From assembly GCF_001194135.2 (NCBI RefSeq), contig NC_068982.1, forward strand, positions 165,207,899 through 165,271,898: DNA of 64,000 nucleotides. Reading direction: 5' to 3'. Origin of the DNA: Octopus bimaculoides (taxonomy: Eukaryota). Positions 50,754 through 64,000 of the stretch are shown here, piece by piece (position 1 is the stretch's first letter; every line of letters begins with the position of its first letter). The notes beneath the pieces are model-generated. The model saw nothing but the letters and a program-made list of their open reading frames with translations, was not told where the DNA came from and made no database searches. The translations under genes were made by a program, and so were the position numbers.

Positions 50754-52844
50754 CACTGGGAAACAAAATAAATTTATTGTCTGCTACTACACAGATAAAA
50801 GGTACTGTGCGAAACCAACTTTCTGTAGCACGTCAGGATTTTTGAGTTATGCGCATAATTATATGTCAAGGTAAATAATTATTATAATAGTATATTAGTA
50901 CTGTATATATTATACTTATGTTCAAGGCAAACGATATTATAATGTAATGGTACATAGTCTATTTATGTTAAGGGAATACTCACTTTATTTTTGATACGCT
51001 CAGCTCAGAAATGTTTGAGACACTTGCTTTACGCTTTTGCGTCCCGCTGGTTTCCCGTCGTAGGAATTGCAATAGTTACACATCATGTGTGGATTGAACC
51101 GGTTTTGATACTTCATTTCCATGTCAGATATGTCCTGGTAGAACTTCTCACCAGTCTCATCAGTAACGGCACCAAGATTCGTTGGAAAATTATCGAGATG
51201 AGAATGCAATAAATACATTTTAAGAGACATTCGGCATCTCATTCTTTCAAACGCTGTTAGCATGTTGTTTATTAAATAAGCATAGCCTTCAGCTCTATGA
51301 TTTCCAAAAAAGATCTGTACAACTAACACGAATGAATCCCATGACATCAGCTCAAATGGATTCAGTTTACCTCTGAATAATTTGCAACCAGACATCAATC
51401 CTCTGATCTCGGTCCAATGAAAATGCTTGCTTTCAGTTTTGCGTCCTTTTTCTCGTCACCAAATTTTACTTTTAGGTACTGGAAGCCACAACCATCGTGT
51501 ATCATTGCTTTTACGAGGTTTTTCATGAGGCCGAGTTTGATATGAAGGGATGGAAGGAAGATATTTTGAGGGTCTAACAGTTGTATATGCTGCACATTGT
51601 ACCGACCAACTATACGCTCATCTCTTTTAGGCCAGTCTGTTACAGTGTAATGATTGCTGTAGCGGCTGGTCCAAACACACAAGAAGCGCATATGTTTGGT
51701 ATATCCCTAGGAGGAGGGAAATCACCTTCAAATTACCATAAATATTCCACTTATGAATTGAGTAATTAACTCCTTTCAGAAAGAGTACCATCAATTCACA
51801 AGTTTCTTCCATGCTGGCCACATGGAATGGAAGATTTTTCATTACCATTATGTAACAAGACAGCTTTCAGGCTAACCTTACTTGAGTCTATAAACAATCT
51901 CCATTCGTTAGCCACATGTACATGTCCAAGTTTTTGTATGAGTGCATTAACGTCAGTACAGAAACAAGCATTATTTTCTTGCTTTAAAAAGACAGATAAG
52001 CATCTATAACTTAGCATCTATAACTTAACAATGCTAAGTTCTTTTTACTAAATCGTTCAAACATTTTTGATTTAAGAAACGTGGCTCGTTTTTCTTAGAA
52101 TCAACTACGTACTCTACGTCGATAGGAGAATGAGGGGGTTCATCGTGCGACGTGCCAAGGTCTTCAAGTGAATCTTGAGAGAGGGAACTGGGACAGGGTT
52201 CTTGAAGTCATGTGGGACCGGTTTTAGAGCCGATTTACAATCTACATACACAATTTTTGTTTTGTTTTCTTTGAGAAACCACTAATATTAGTCATGCAAA
52301 AGTAACAATCAGAAACATAATTGGTTGGCTTACGCCATACCATCGGTACGGTCTCCAATTTTACACCCAAAATATTTATAGGCAATCTCTAATTTGGTGG
52401 CAATGATCTTCTGCTGATCACACGGAGCAAATTTTACACAGACATAACAAAAGTTGTCTGGTTGATTCACATAGCCTCTACTATTCATGATGTAACATAA
52501 TGAACACAGTTAAAACTGTAATCACGTAGTGCGAAAGCTACACATGCCACACGTGACGGCAGGGCATACGACACTGAGAGTTACCAAGAACAAGCTGACG
52601 TCGTATGTGGCTCTTTCACACAATATGCCAGCGCCATCTATTGCTAAGCTAAATGATGAACTTTCTCTTTTGTTTTATTGCCGTTATTTCTTTAATTTTG
52701 AATTAAGACCGCTTCATGTTAGCAAATTTTATAATATGGCCTATATATGGCTATGATCTTGTGCATGCGCATAACTCAAAATCCTGACGTGCAGATTCTG
52801 AATCAGCATCCTCGATTTAGTAGCAAAATATTTCTTGTCCAGTG
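50754..52844 (-). mobile_element. Full-length Chapaev3-like DNA transposon (2091 bp)
   Basis: Termini CACTGG...CCAGTG, TTA duplicated at 50751-50753 and 52845-52847, subterminal inverted repeats at 50828-50856 and 52765-52792, and a transposase pseudogene inside. Confidence 0.85.
51000..52488 (-). pseudogene. Frameshifted Chapaev-type transposase
   Basis: MNSRGYVNQPDNFCYVC, VPMVWRKP...DCYFC, WRLFIDSSKVSLKAVLLHNGN, FLPSLHIKLGLMK, HSHLDNFPTNLGAVTDETGEKFYQD and HMMCNYC spread over at least five frames. Confidence 0.88.
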
Positions 52845-53722
52845 TTATTGGTGTTGTGCATCATAGCGCAGTTTTGATCAATGACAAATAATGCTAAGGC
52901 TATTTCTGTTTTGACTCACTAGTGCAGATAGTGCTTTTAGGATGTTGCGTTTACATCATGCTACGCCCTGCATTTACATGTATCTGATGCGTTTAGAGTA
53001 GGTTTTTCTTTTTTCTTGTATTGATAGGTACCATGGTTTTGAAACCTGATGCAACATGCAAACCATTTCGAAGGAGACAAAAGTCTATTTTGATTTTGCA
53101 AGTGCTCTTTAGATAACGTTCCGTTGTGTGGCGGATGTGCATCGGTGTGGTTTCAGTAAAACTCTTATGCATCGTAATTAGCTGCTTTCGTTCATTGCGT
53201 TCAATTATAATTTGCTCTAGAGAGATTAGAATGCACGAGTAGGTCACGGTTGGTTTGTGTGAAATTTGTATTCAATTAATCTTCATTAAACTAAATATAA
53301 AACAATTCTGAGACACAGGAATTGGAAATTATTGTTAAGAAATACATGTTCTTAACTACATTTCCGGTGAAGATTTAAATTAACTAAATGACGTCTTTAA
53401 AATCAAATGAAACACTTCAAATTACTTGAATAATTACCTTTAGAACATTAAAAAGCGCTATTACATTATTAGTAAAACTACCATTTGTCCTGAACATTCT
53501 AAATAAAAACAGTGTTTCAGACTTCAAGAACAATAGCCTCCAATTTTATGTTTCCTAGTTCCTGGTGTTATGGGAAATTATCGCCAATTACACTATATAG
53601 ACTTTGTATCAAACAAGTGCATGTAAATATCACTATCGTGATGCACAGGAATTTAAACGTGCACACACGCACACACACACACCCACACACACACGCACAC
53701 ACACACACATGCATACACACAC

Positions 53723-53753
<31 letters not shown>

Positions 53754-54277
53754 TAGTCAAAAGCTTCGGGAAACTCTCTGTCATGTTGAATTGTATTGAA
53801 AATATAAAACGAATGAGAATGTGGAGGTATTATTTATTTGTTGGAATACGTACATACATACATGCATACACACACACACACACACANNNNNNNNNNGTCA
53901 ATCAACCGGTTTCGCTTATACTAGTCATATTAAGCAGTTAGTGAAACTGCTATAATTTCATGCTATCATACGTTTTTAGTTCTTGGTAGCAGGAGAACAG
54001 GTTTTTAGTAAATATAATATGAGATTATAAGATTATCCCTCACAATTTAGTCATGATGATCATAAATATTTTATCTCATACCAATATGAATATATATTTT
54101 TTAACATAAAATTTCTCTTCGTTCTGGTTCTTTTTATATTTTATATTTTACAATATAAATATATATATATTTATGTCTATATGGTGTGCACGCGCGATCC
54201 TGCATGCGTACGTGTGTGTGTTTATGTGTGTGTGTTTATGCGTGTGTGTTTGTGTGTGCGCGCGTGTGTGTGCGTTT

Positions 54278-54308
<31 letters not shown>

Positions 54309-55422
54309 CATATGTGTAGCAGGCTCTTGATGCTTTTTTACATTTCTATTCTAAACGTAAACCAGCTTACTTTAGAGCCTGTGGTTTAAAGCGGCAGCAG
54401 GATCGTAGGGATCATTTGCAGTAAAACTTAGGTTATGTAGAGGCTTGGTTAAATGTTTTTGTGCACTAAATATAGAAAATGTAACGGAACGTTATTTTTA
54501 TGACATTTGAGTATGAATGCGCTGAGATAGTCATTAATTACCTTCAGGTTTACAAAATGTAGGTAATTTATATTATTAGAGGAAAATTAAACCATTTGGG
54601 ATAAACGTTGTACTGGGTCAAACAACAATCTTAACAGAGGTTAAAATTCTACAGAAGTGAGATTTAACTGGATCTGTGAACAGGCCAAATATTCAGATAT
54701 ATGGAAACAGACACACAAAAACCCATGTACATGTTTGTATAGACATATTCTATAAGTCTTCCTTTAGATATCAGCACAAGTTTCAAACGGAAATGTATAG
54801 ATAAAATTATACTTACATACCTTGCCTTCAGAAAGTAAAGAGTCACTTACAAAAGTCTTGCTAGTTGTATAAATGCCGATGTTGCCACAATGTGGAACAA
54901 ACCATATCTAGTAAGAGTAGCTGAAAATCATCCAATATCGAAATTTTCCGTCCTGGAACTGCATTAAAAGTATTAAATTTTAAATTAAGAAGTTGATATA
55001 TTATCAATGGCCATAAATATTTCGTAAATATAGCGATAAATACATTCCTTTGTGCATATAGATTATGGTACGATGCAAAACATATATGCATCTTGAACCT
55101 ATATCTACTAAGCCATACCAACTCTGTCTGTTTATACATAGCGAACACCAACAGTGGTTAATGAGAGGATTAATTGTACGTCTATATATGCTTCAGAGAA
55201 AGTCTACTAGTTGTTGGTGCATATGTTAAATTATTGCTCACTGTAAAATCATATGAAACCGAATAATTGTTTGGTGATCACATACATTTTGAAAGCAAAC
55301 TTTCATGTATGTACACGTACATGTAAATACCATACAAGTACATTATGCATATTCATTTAAAATCATACGATGCAGAATTCATGCACACACAGACATTTAT
55401 ATACACACGCACGCACGCAGGC

Positions 55423-55475
<53 letters not shown>

Positions 55476-55485
55476 GTATGTATGT

Positions 55486-55890
55486 NNNNNNNNNNNNNNN
55501 NNNNNNNNNNNNNNNNNNNNNNNNNNNNNNNNNNNNNNNNNNNNNNNNNNNNNNNNNNNNNNNNNNNNNNNNNNNNNNNNNNNNNNNNNNNNNNNNNNNN
55601 NNNNNNNNNNNNNNNNNNNNNNNNNNNNNNNNNNNNNNNNNNNNNNNNNNNNNNNNNNNNNNNNNNNNNNNNNNNNNNNNNNNNNNNNNNNNNNNNNNNN
55701 NNNNNNNNNNNNNNNNNNNNNNNNNNNNNNNNNNNNNNNNNNNNNNNNNNNNNNNNNNNNNNNNNNNNNNNNNNNNNNNNNNNNNNNNNNNNNNNNNNNN
55801 NNNNNNNNNNNNNNNNNNNNNNNNNNNNNNNNNNNNNNNNNNNNNNNNNNNNNNNNNNNNNNNNNNNNNNNNNNNNNNNNNNNNNNNNNN
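55486..55890. other. Assembly gap within a (CA)n/(TATG)n microsatellite
   Basis: N run. Confidence 1.
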
Positions 55891-56050
55891 GTGTGTATGC
55901 ATACACATAAAATGTATACATATATACACGTTCATACATATACATGATTGTATATGTTTAAGCACACTCTTCAATGTTAAAAAACACGGAAAGTGTAGAT
56001 ATAGATTTTAATACGCATACACACATTAACGCACATATTTGCACACAAGG

Positions 56051-56090
<40 letters not shown>

Positions 56091-57878
56091 TGTGTGTGTA
56101 TGTGTGTGTGTGTGTTGCTGTGTGTGTGTTGTTGTGTGTGTGTGTGTGGGTGTGCGAGTGCCTATGCGTATTTGTGTTACTGTATTAGAGAGTTAACATG
56201 GTGAGCATACCTTGCATATACACACATAAAGATGTTCATAAATATAAACACGTAAGCAGAATTGTGTGCAGAAAAAATATTTGCTTATATACATACACGT
56301 GCAGCTATATAACACATCTTAATAATACTCTAACACAGAAGCACAAGTCATCACATTTTTATTGCTGGTACAAATATGACTACCAGACAGTATTTTATTG
56401 AAATGTATTCTAAAACACGACTCTCAGTTCTTCAGGTTTATGACTCAACGCTGAATTTATAACTCGAGCATGCATACTTAAAATTGCACAAACAAATAGC
56501 CTATACATATACATACATTAGCATAAGTTCATTTCTATACACGCAATGACACATATATAAAAATACGTCCTTGTTGATATGTGTGCACATGCACACAGCA
56601 TAAATACTACGGAACATATACAAATGCAGAAAACACCAAGCAAACCAGACACACAGATACTAACTAACGTACAGGCTTATAGTCAAATGATTACTCAAAA
56701 AATACCCAAAGAGAGAGAGAGAGAGAGCTTTACTGTGTACTGAATATAAATAGGTTAGTGTTTCGCGTATCTAATATAAGTTGACACACCTCAGTCCACT
56801 AGGATTACCGAAGTAATTACAATAAAATTCTTTTCTCAATTTGTTTAAAGGAAAGGAATATTAACATTCCTCAAAATTTGGGGATAAACTTGACATTGCA
56901 ACTTCTTGTGGATCTGTTCATGAATATGAACTGAAGAAAATGCGAGCATAATTCATTTGTATTGAGCATCACAGAGAAACGTGCCTCCTCACCTGTCAAA
57001 TATAAATATACAGGGAAATGGAGGAAAAATTCCGGTGCTGATTACGTATACTAATAATATAGCTGTGGGTAAATACCTCAGGCGAACGTCCTACATACAA
57101 AAAGGAAATACAGTAATCTAGTCAGGTGAAAATATTAAATTAAAATGCCCAATTAATTAGTAAATAAACGAACCTCTGATATTTGTTCTTAGCAAAATCG
57201 TTAATATTAATAACATTTTCAATATATTCGCTCCATTTTTTCTTATTGTATTTTGGCTGCACTTGTTCTCGCCAACATGGTAGAATACGTCTTGCCAGGT
57301 AAGTATCATACAACCAAAGTACATAGGTTACTTTCCCTAGTTGATTTTAGCAATCACATCTATTCTAATAAACACCATCTGTATTTTTCAACAATATAGA
57401 CCAATTCTTATAATTAGAATTATTTTCGTCCCTTGTTTGTACATTTATAAGTACATAGTGGTCTGCTAAATTAATTGATCTCAGGTGGGTGTGGATTTTC
57501 AGCTTAACAGGTAACACGTATTTGTTTTTGATATTCAGAAATATCTTCATGTTCCATCAGCCAGAAAAATATGCACTGCTATATCTGTCAATTTATATTT
57601 GTACGGTACAGATCATTTCCTATCAGTTTCGAACAAGTTTGGTAGAAACATATATGTATACACACATAATTTTTTGTTCTTTCCATCCACTTGCCTTTCT
57701 ATCCTTTTCATACTCCATCTCCCTTTAGAAATTTTGTTTATTAGGCTCTCACGCTCGTGTTGTCTGAGTACCAGCCTTTCCATCCTTGTCATCATTTAGT
57801 CGCATGTCTTCTTTTGTTTACCATTGCCTTCTTAGATGACCCTCTCTTTTCATGTCAGTCTATTTATCTTTCTGTCTC

Positions 57879-57879
<1 letters not shown>

Positions 57880-57919
<40 letters not shown>

Positions 57920-57990
57920 GTATCTATGTGTCTGTCTGTCTGTCTGTCTATCTGTCTGTCTATCTATATGTCTATCTATCTGTGTGTTTG
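57880..57990. repeat. (TCTA)n/(TCTG)n microsatellite
   Basis: Direct repeat units. Confidence 0.95.
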
Positions 57991-58766
57991 CCTGTCTATC
58001 TATTTATGTTGTGTATTCCTCTTCCGATTTTTATATCTAACCTTCTTGTCTTTACCAACCCACCTTGTGTCACTGCGACAACACTTTCCCTCCCTCACTT
58101 TCTGTCTAATTCTCTCGACTCGCTTTTCTCCTCTGCTACAAATTTTCCTCTTCCTTTATTCCCGTGTCACCCGTTCTTCGCAAACTGATATCTGAACTGG
58201 TCAGTCGATTCCTCTTCACGTCTGACTTCCTTTCATTTTTTATCCAATCTAGAAAGGCACGCAATTTCTCATATAAACCAAACTTTACAAACATACCTTA
58301 TCTGTGTCGTCAAGTTGAAGTCATCCTATATATACGTAAGAAGGAAGTTTCTTTCATAATTTTACCGTTCTCTTCACAACTCATCTTAATTTACCGTTTA
58401 GTCTACATATCAATTTTGTTTTCTGTGAGAGANNNNNNNNNNNNNNNNNNNNNNNNNNNNNNNNNNNNNNNNNNNNNNNNNNNNNNNNNNNNNNNNNNNN
58501 NNNNNNNNNNNNNNNNNNNNNNNNNNNNNNNNNNNNNNNNNNNNNNNNNNNNNNNNNNNNNNNNNNNNNNNNNNNNNNNNNNNNNNAGCTCGTCTATATT
58601 CCAGTAGCCTACATTGCTGATGTCACCAATTGAGCTATATTATCTGGAGGTATCGAAATTATAATGATTACTGTTTATATTTTTTCCGTCTAACCGAATT
58701 TTTTATTGTCTCTCTATGGCACATTTTCATTCAGTATCTCTCTCTATATATATATTAGTGTGTGTT

Positions 58767-58800
<34 letters not shown>

Positions 58801-59035
58801 TGTATGTGTATGTGTGCATGTGTGTGCATGTCTGTGTGTGTGTGTGTGTGTGTGTAATCATGTATATGCATGGAATTTTATGCATGCATTTATACAAGCT
58901 AGTATGGTCACACTTGAATATATGGTGCTATTATGTATGAACTATTCATTGTTATGTCGATGAACAGAATATATCTGATCATGATGATTAGGAATAAATG
59001 GAGGCATAATCTCTTCTCAGATGTGACCAAAGACA

Positions 59036-59074
59036 GGTTAGTTACACTGGTTAGTTACAATGGTTAGTTACAAA
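59036..59074. repeat. 13-bp minisatellite x3 (GGTTAGTTACAnn)
   Basis: Units at 59036, 59049 and 59062. Confidence 0.9.
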
Positions 59075-60959
59075 TTATGTCCTACATTATGTGATAGGTA
59101 TTTGTAACTATACGAAATGCCTCGTGATTGTGTAAGATTAGTTCTTACTAATAATAATAGGATATGTTTATACAAGTAACTTAAACCTTAATTTTAGCAG
59201 TGACACAATATCTTTAATTGTGAACGATACACTGTACATGGAATCGAGAAAGAAGAGTACATACAAATTAAATAATGTAATCTTGCAATTAATAAATAGT
59301 TTATTAGAAATTATTCATATATACAAAGCGAGGATAAACGCTTTTGATTTGCGAAAAAAAAATATCGAGTGACTAGCTACACTTCACAAAAATATCAAAA
59401 ATGGTTTGATTCAGATTCAATTCTCAGAAAGCAGAAGTTAGAAAATATGTTAATGAAATGCATGATAATTATATTGTGGAGCCTGTAGAGCAACAAAGGA
59501 TTTCACTTTCATACATCTACGTATTGCTATGGCATTCGCTACTGAGATCGGATTAGACTCTGGCTATAACTGTCAGCAACATGCACAATGGTTTCAGATA
59601 ATATCAATGATCTATTAGAACATTTAGCAACTAAATTTCGAATGTTAACAAGTTTTAGAATGGAGAAAATGAACAAAATTATTCCACTATTATTCTGGAT
59701 TCCAAAATTACATGAAGTGTGTCATTAGCATGAAGATATATTGCAGGGAAGATAAACAAATGCCTATTCTGCAAAATAATTTGCAGCAATTTTGGCGTAA
59801 CTTTATCCTTGAACATTAGATCATCTAAAGAACTTTAAGAAAACTTAAGCGTTACATTTTAAAGTTCGTCTCAATGAAAAATGTTAAAGATATTTTATCC
59901 CGTGTATACTTGTACTAAGATAACATCTATATCATTAAATTTACCATTAATATCTCAATCGCTAGTTTTACAGTTAAAGATTTTAATAAGATTGAGAGGA
60001 TTCTTATGCACAATAATTGCCTTCTGTTACTTGACTTACATAGTACTGTAGGAGTGCAATTTTCTTAGTGATTTTGCCAGAATTACAAACAGGGTTTATG
60101 TAAACTGCTTGAAGTTTACTGAAGATACTTTTGACTACGTTTCTGTTTTCAGTTACAGTTTTCTTATTTTATTTTAATAGTTAACGCGTTACATATATCA
60201 AAATTATATGAAGACAAGGAGAAAAAGTATTATTGTAAATGTATTTGATTATTTAGACATTACGATAATATATAATAATAATAAAATTATTGTAACATTA
60301 TAATAAGACTGACAGTTCCAAATTTCAGGTGCCAGGAATGTCATTCACATAAAGCTGTATTCATTCCATTCAGAATCTGGTATAACAGCTAGGTTATTAG
60401 ATACAGTAATATAATGAACATTGTTGCTTCATTTATAGATAAAGAGAAACAGTGGATGACGAATATAGCTAGGTTAAGTTAGCAATATACATTTAAAGCT
60501 TTTGTTGTGGCCTGAAACGGCAGTGAATCCATGAACAAATATACGCTTATTTCAAACCTGCAACTGAATATGAAATCCCTAGATATTTAGTAATTGTTGC
60601 CATTAACGTGTGTTTGTCGTCTTACTACCTTGTTAAAGGTTTCCGAATGTATTTCTCTTCTCGCCATTGTCACCACTAATACTAGGGCCCCATTTGAACT
60701 AGACTATGTAAAAGAACGATGGACTATTTTGTTGCTCTTGCTGTTATGTGCAATACTTGTATTAATCAGTGAGGTAATCGTGAGTTGATATTTCTTTATG
60801 ATTTTGAAATATTAATTTCAGTACTGTTAAAGTAACTCCATCTCTTTTGTTTTATTTCATTCTATTTTCAGTCAATAATGTATAATTTTAATAACTATTA
60901 GTTTATGTCTGGTTATTCCTTTTATACTAATTGAATGTATTATGCATTAGTTTACTGTT

Positions 60960-61990
60960 TTGCTTTGAAATTTGTTTATTAAACTGACGTGCGAAAGGTT
61001 TAAAAACTTCATTTCTGCTGTTCAGGAAGTTGTCTGGGTGCTGGCAGCTCTTTAATATCGCTTTGTTCTCAGCCAGATATAATCTGCACTTCCTGCTACT
61101 ATTGAAGTACACTTTACATCTCTACAATCCTTCACTTTATGCTGTATTCAGTGGTATTTTTCTTTCAACGACCATACGTGCTTGGCCAAGGTTGTGGCGT
61201 TACGTCTCTCTGGGATGTTGAAGAAGGTCTTGTAGTTGTTATAGTAGATTCTGAATGGGACTTCTCTTAACCCACGTACTTTCGTACGCTTGATGGCCGA
61301 TTTGGTCCTATTCTGTTACCACTGCCGCGTATACGACGATTTCCGTATTACAGTTACTGTTCTGTGGACATGTTGTGTTACCCCTACATGAGCATCCTGC
61401 CTTTGTTCTCAGGTGAGAGCCTACCTATTGAAATAATATTTTACATTGGGGCACAGCTAAAGGCAACTCTCAGGGTGTGCCTATTAAATATTTTACTGAA
61501 CCTATTTCTACGAGGGAAGTGTTTGCCTACTAATCTAAGGAAACTCTTACCTATACAGGTTTTAACATTGAAAAAGGCGGTGTGAACCACAGCATCTTTC
61601 AGAGACGTTTTCTTGGTGGGTGGGGGTCTGGTGTGTAACTAATTCCTTCCTTCAAACTGTTGGCGGCCTTAGCCTCATTACGGGGTGGCAGAATCAGAAA
61701 TCCTTTCACTTGAAGATAGGTTGGAGATTCTTTGCCAGGTTCTTGAAAACTATGACTGGATGACTGGGACTTACGTTAATAATAGCTTATCATTATGATA
61801 GATTTTCATTTGGCCTTCTGAAGGGTTTATAGGTACCGTATTCCAAGTTCAGTGTCACATCAAGGAAATCCACCGGAGAATTCATGGTGCTGGTGAGGTC
61901 CTTTCTAAGCTTATCCAGCGGGTGACCATTTCCTCCTCTAGATGTTTTCAGCACGTGATCCTTGTAGATGCCAAAGTTAATGGAAGAAAA
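60960..61990 (-). mobile_element. Penelope-like element remnant: RT C-terminus to GIY-YIG endonuclease
   Basis: FGIYKD...DKLRKDL...VDFLDVTLNLEYGTYKPFRRPN; WFTPPFS; NVKTCIGKSFLRLVGKHFP...KIFNRHTLRVAFSC; VVYAAVV; TLAKHVWSLKE; CRLYLAENKAIL...LNSRNE. Confidence 0.9.
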
Positions 61991-63649
61991 CTCCTTTTTG
62001 AGTAAATCTGCGACGAATACATGCACATACACACACACACACACACACACACGCACGCACACACACACACACACACACTCACACACTTACACAGATATAT
62101 ATATATTCATATATACGCACATGCATATCACTCCAAGCGTTACCAATATGGTACAAAATACTGAGAAAAAATTACAAACACAAACACCTACTAACCATCT
62201 AAACATACTGCATATGAGACCCTGCTATATTAGAATTATACAATGGAGCAGACATCGTCAACTGATTTAATAAATAATGATATCAAATATGACCATACAT
62301 TTCATTAGTTTTTATTTTAAGTTTTCCTTTTCTAATTCACTGATTTTGCAGTATTAGTTTTATTTCTCTAATTTTGTTGTGTTTCTTCTTTTTTTACTCA
62401 AGGAAGAAAAATATTGGGATGTCTGAGTTAATTTAAACTGAATTGTTTACAAGATTAGATATGCTTGATAGATCGGTTGAGCAACACAGCATGAATAATT
62501 CTATCAGAAATATAGTTTAACGTAAAAGTCGATTGTACGCTAAATGTTGTTATGCTGGTTCCATGCAGTTCGTAACGGTGCAACTTCAGATATTGTGTAG
62601 ATTTCAATAAGAAAATAAAAAGCCAAGAAAAAAACATCCGTTGTTGGATTATGTATTGTTTTGCATAGTTTAATTCTTCGATTTTCACAATTATTTATAG
62701 CCTACCTTCAATTGCACAATTTAAACCATAAATAGATTTGAGATATAAGTGCTCCACTCCTGAAATAAAGAATGAATTCAGAGAAGTTTCTAGATCCTAC
62801 ATATTTATTTTTTTAATTTCAAGTTCATTCTTTAGCGTACGGTTTTGACGGAAAATAAAATTGGAAGCGACTGTGAGTAAAAAGTAAATTTGAAAAAAAA
62901 AAAAAAAAGCAAAACAAAATGAGGCAGGTATCTGCTGCGAATCAGAAATTATTTCTTCCGCTCTGCAATCAATTTGCATCATAAATGATTCCTTACGCTG
63001 ATATAAAACAAAAACATGGGTCCATGGAAACAACATATTCACATACCAGTGCATCTGCACATCCGTTTCTTACACGCACCTATAATATTTTATTAGTGAA
63101 TGTAAGACATAATGGCATGCTATAACAACAGGCACATGTATTTTTGACATTTGATACACTACCTGCATATATCGATATATCGATATATGTAGATATGTTT
63201 GTGTGTATATATGACACATACATATATCTATATGTATGCTTGTATGTACGCGGGTATATTATATATATTATATTATATTACATTGTGAAAATTGTAATAA
63301 AATATATTTAAGCTACAGAAAATAGCTAAATTTTAAATAAAAATATCGTCTTTCCAAAAACACTCTGTATTATATAAACTTTTGACTTCGTTATCTTTAG
63401 GAAGTTTATAATGAACTCTCACGTTTTGTCTTCCAATGGTTACTCGACACATGCAAACACTCAAATACTCACAACTACAAATATTCTCAGAATAGCAAAG
63501 GAGAAATTTAATATTTATGCACATGTAAATAAAAGAAATAGAAGATGATATATGAAAACGCATAATGAATTATAGTAGACATAAATACATGCATGAGCGA
63601 ATATATTTCCGTAGAAATGTCCATGCATGTGTTTGCATATGGCTCTGTG

Positions 63650-63665
63650 TGTGTCCGTACATGTT

Positions 63666-63708
<43 letters not shown>

Positions 63709-63823
63709 GCATATGTGCCTGTGTGCGTGTATGTCCGTGCATGTTTGTGTGTTTTTATCTATACATCTGTGTAAATATGTATGAACAAAAAATGAGAGGT
63801 AGATATATACAGTGACATAAATG

Positions 63824-63879
<56 letters not shown>

Positions 63880-63900
63880 GTGAGAGAGATAGAGATACAA
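63650..63900. repeat. (TG)n and (GA)n microsatellite cluster
   Basis: Direct repeat units. Confidence 0.93.
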
Positions 63901-64000
63901 AAAAGAGTTACTTTTGCAAACAGAGTAAACAATTTCACTTACGCATCCCAGTTAAGATAGTATGTATGAATTGAAGTGATTAACCCAAACATTCACATGC

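Noticed and set aside
53000-53115. Strong plus-strand acceptor at 53027 followed by ACCATGG
   Set aside because: The frame closes after 27 codons and no good donor follows.
1-64000. CRISPR arrays, rRNA genes, prokaryotic operons or terminators
   Set aside because: No repeat-spacer array or rRNA motif seen; the sequence is eukaryotic repeat-rich DNA.

Overview
AT-rich, microsatellite-dense eukaryotic scaffold with many N gaps. The SINE families, the microsatellite load and the transposon mix point to an octopod cephalopod (Octopus sp.); this is an inference from recognised repeats, not a search result. No host protein-coding gene can be firmly supported. Most ORFs in the track are microsatellite or gap read-through, and the recognisable ones are decayed transposon proteins. 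Supported content: two mariner remnants, one Tc1, one internally deleted maT/DD37D-like element, a Chapaev3-like DNA transposon with both ends and a TTA target duplication, RTE-type LINE fragments (endonuclease; 3' end), an R4/Dong-type RT fragment and RLE 3' end abutting (TAA)n, a gag/ORF1-like relic, three Penelope-like (PLE) fragments, and about 20 SINE copies or fragments from three tRNA-derived families. The best leads are a hairpin with pri-miRNA-like geometry (21479-21561), a minimal hammerhead ribozyme motif in a PLE-type tail (29804-29849), the full-length Chapaev3-like element, and oppositely oriented tandem SINE clusters flanking a (TAA)n-anchored retroelement nest. Several splice-site-bounded short open exons and AG|GT ratchet-like motifs are reported as low-confidence leads only.
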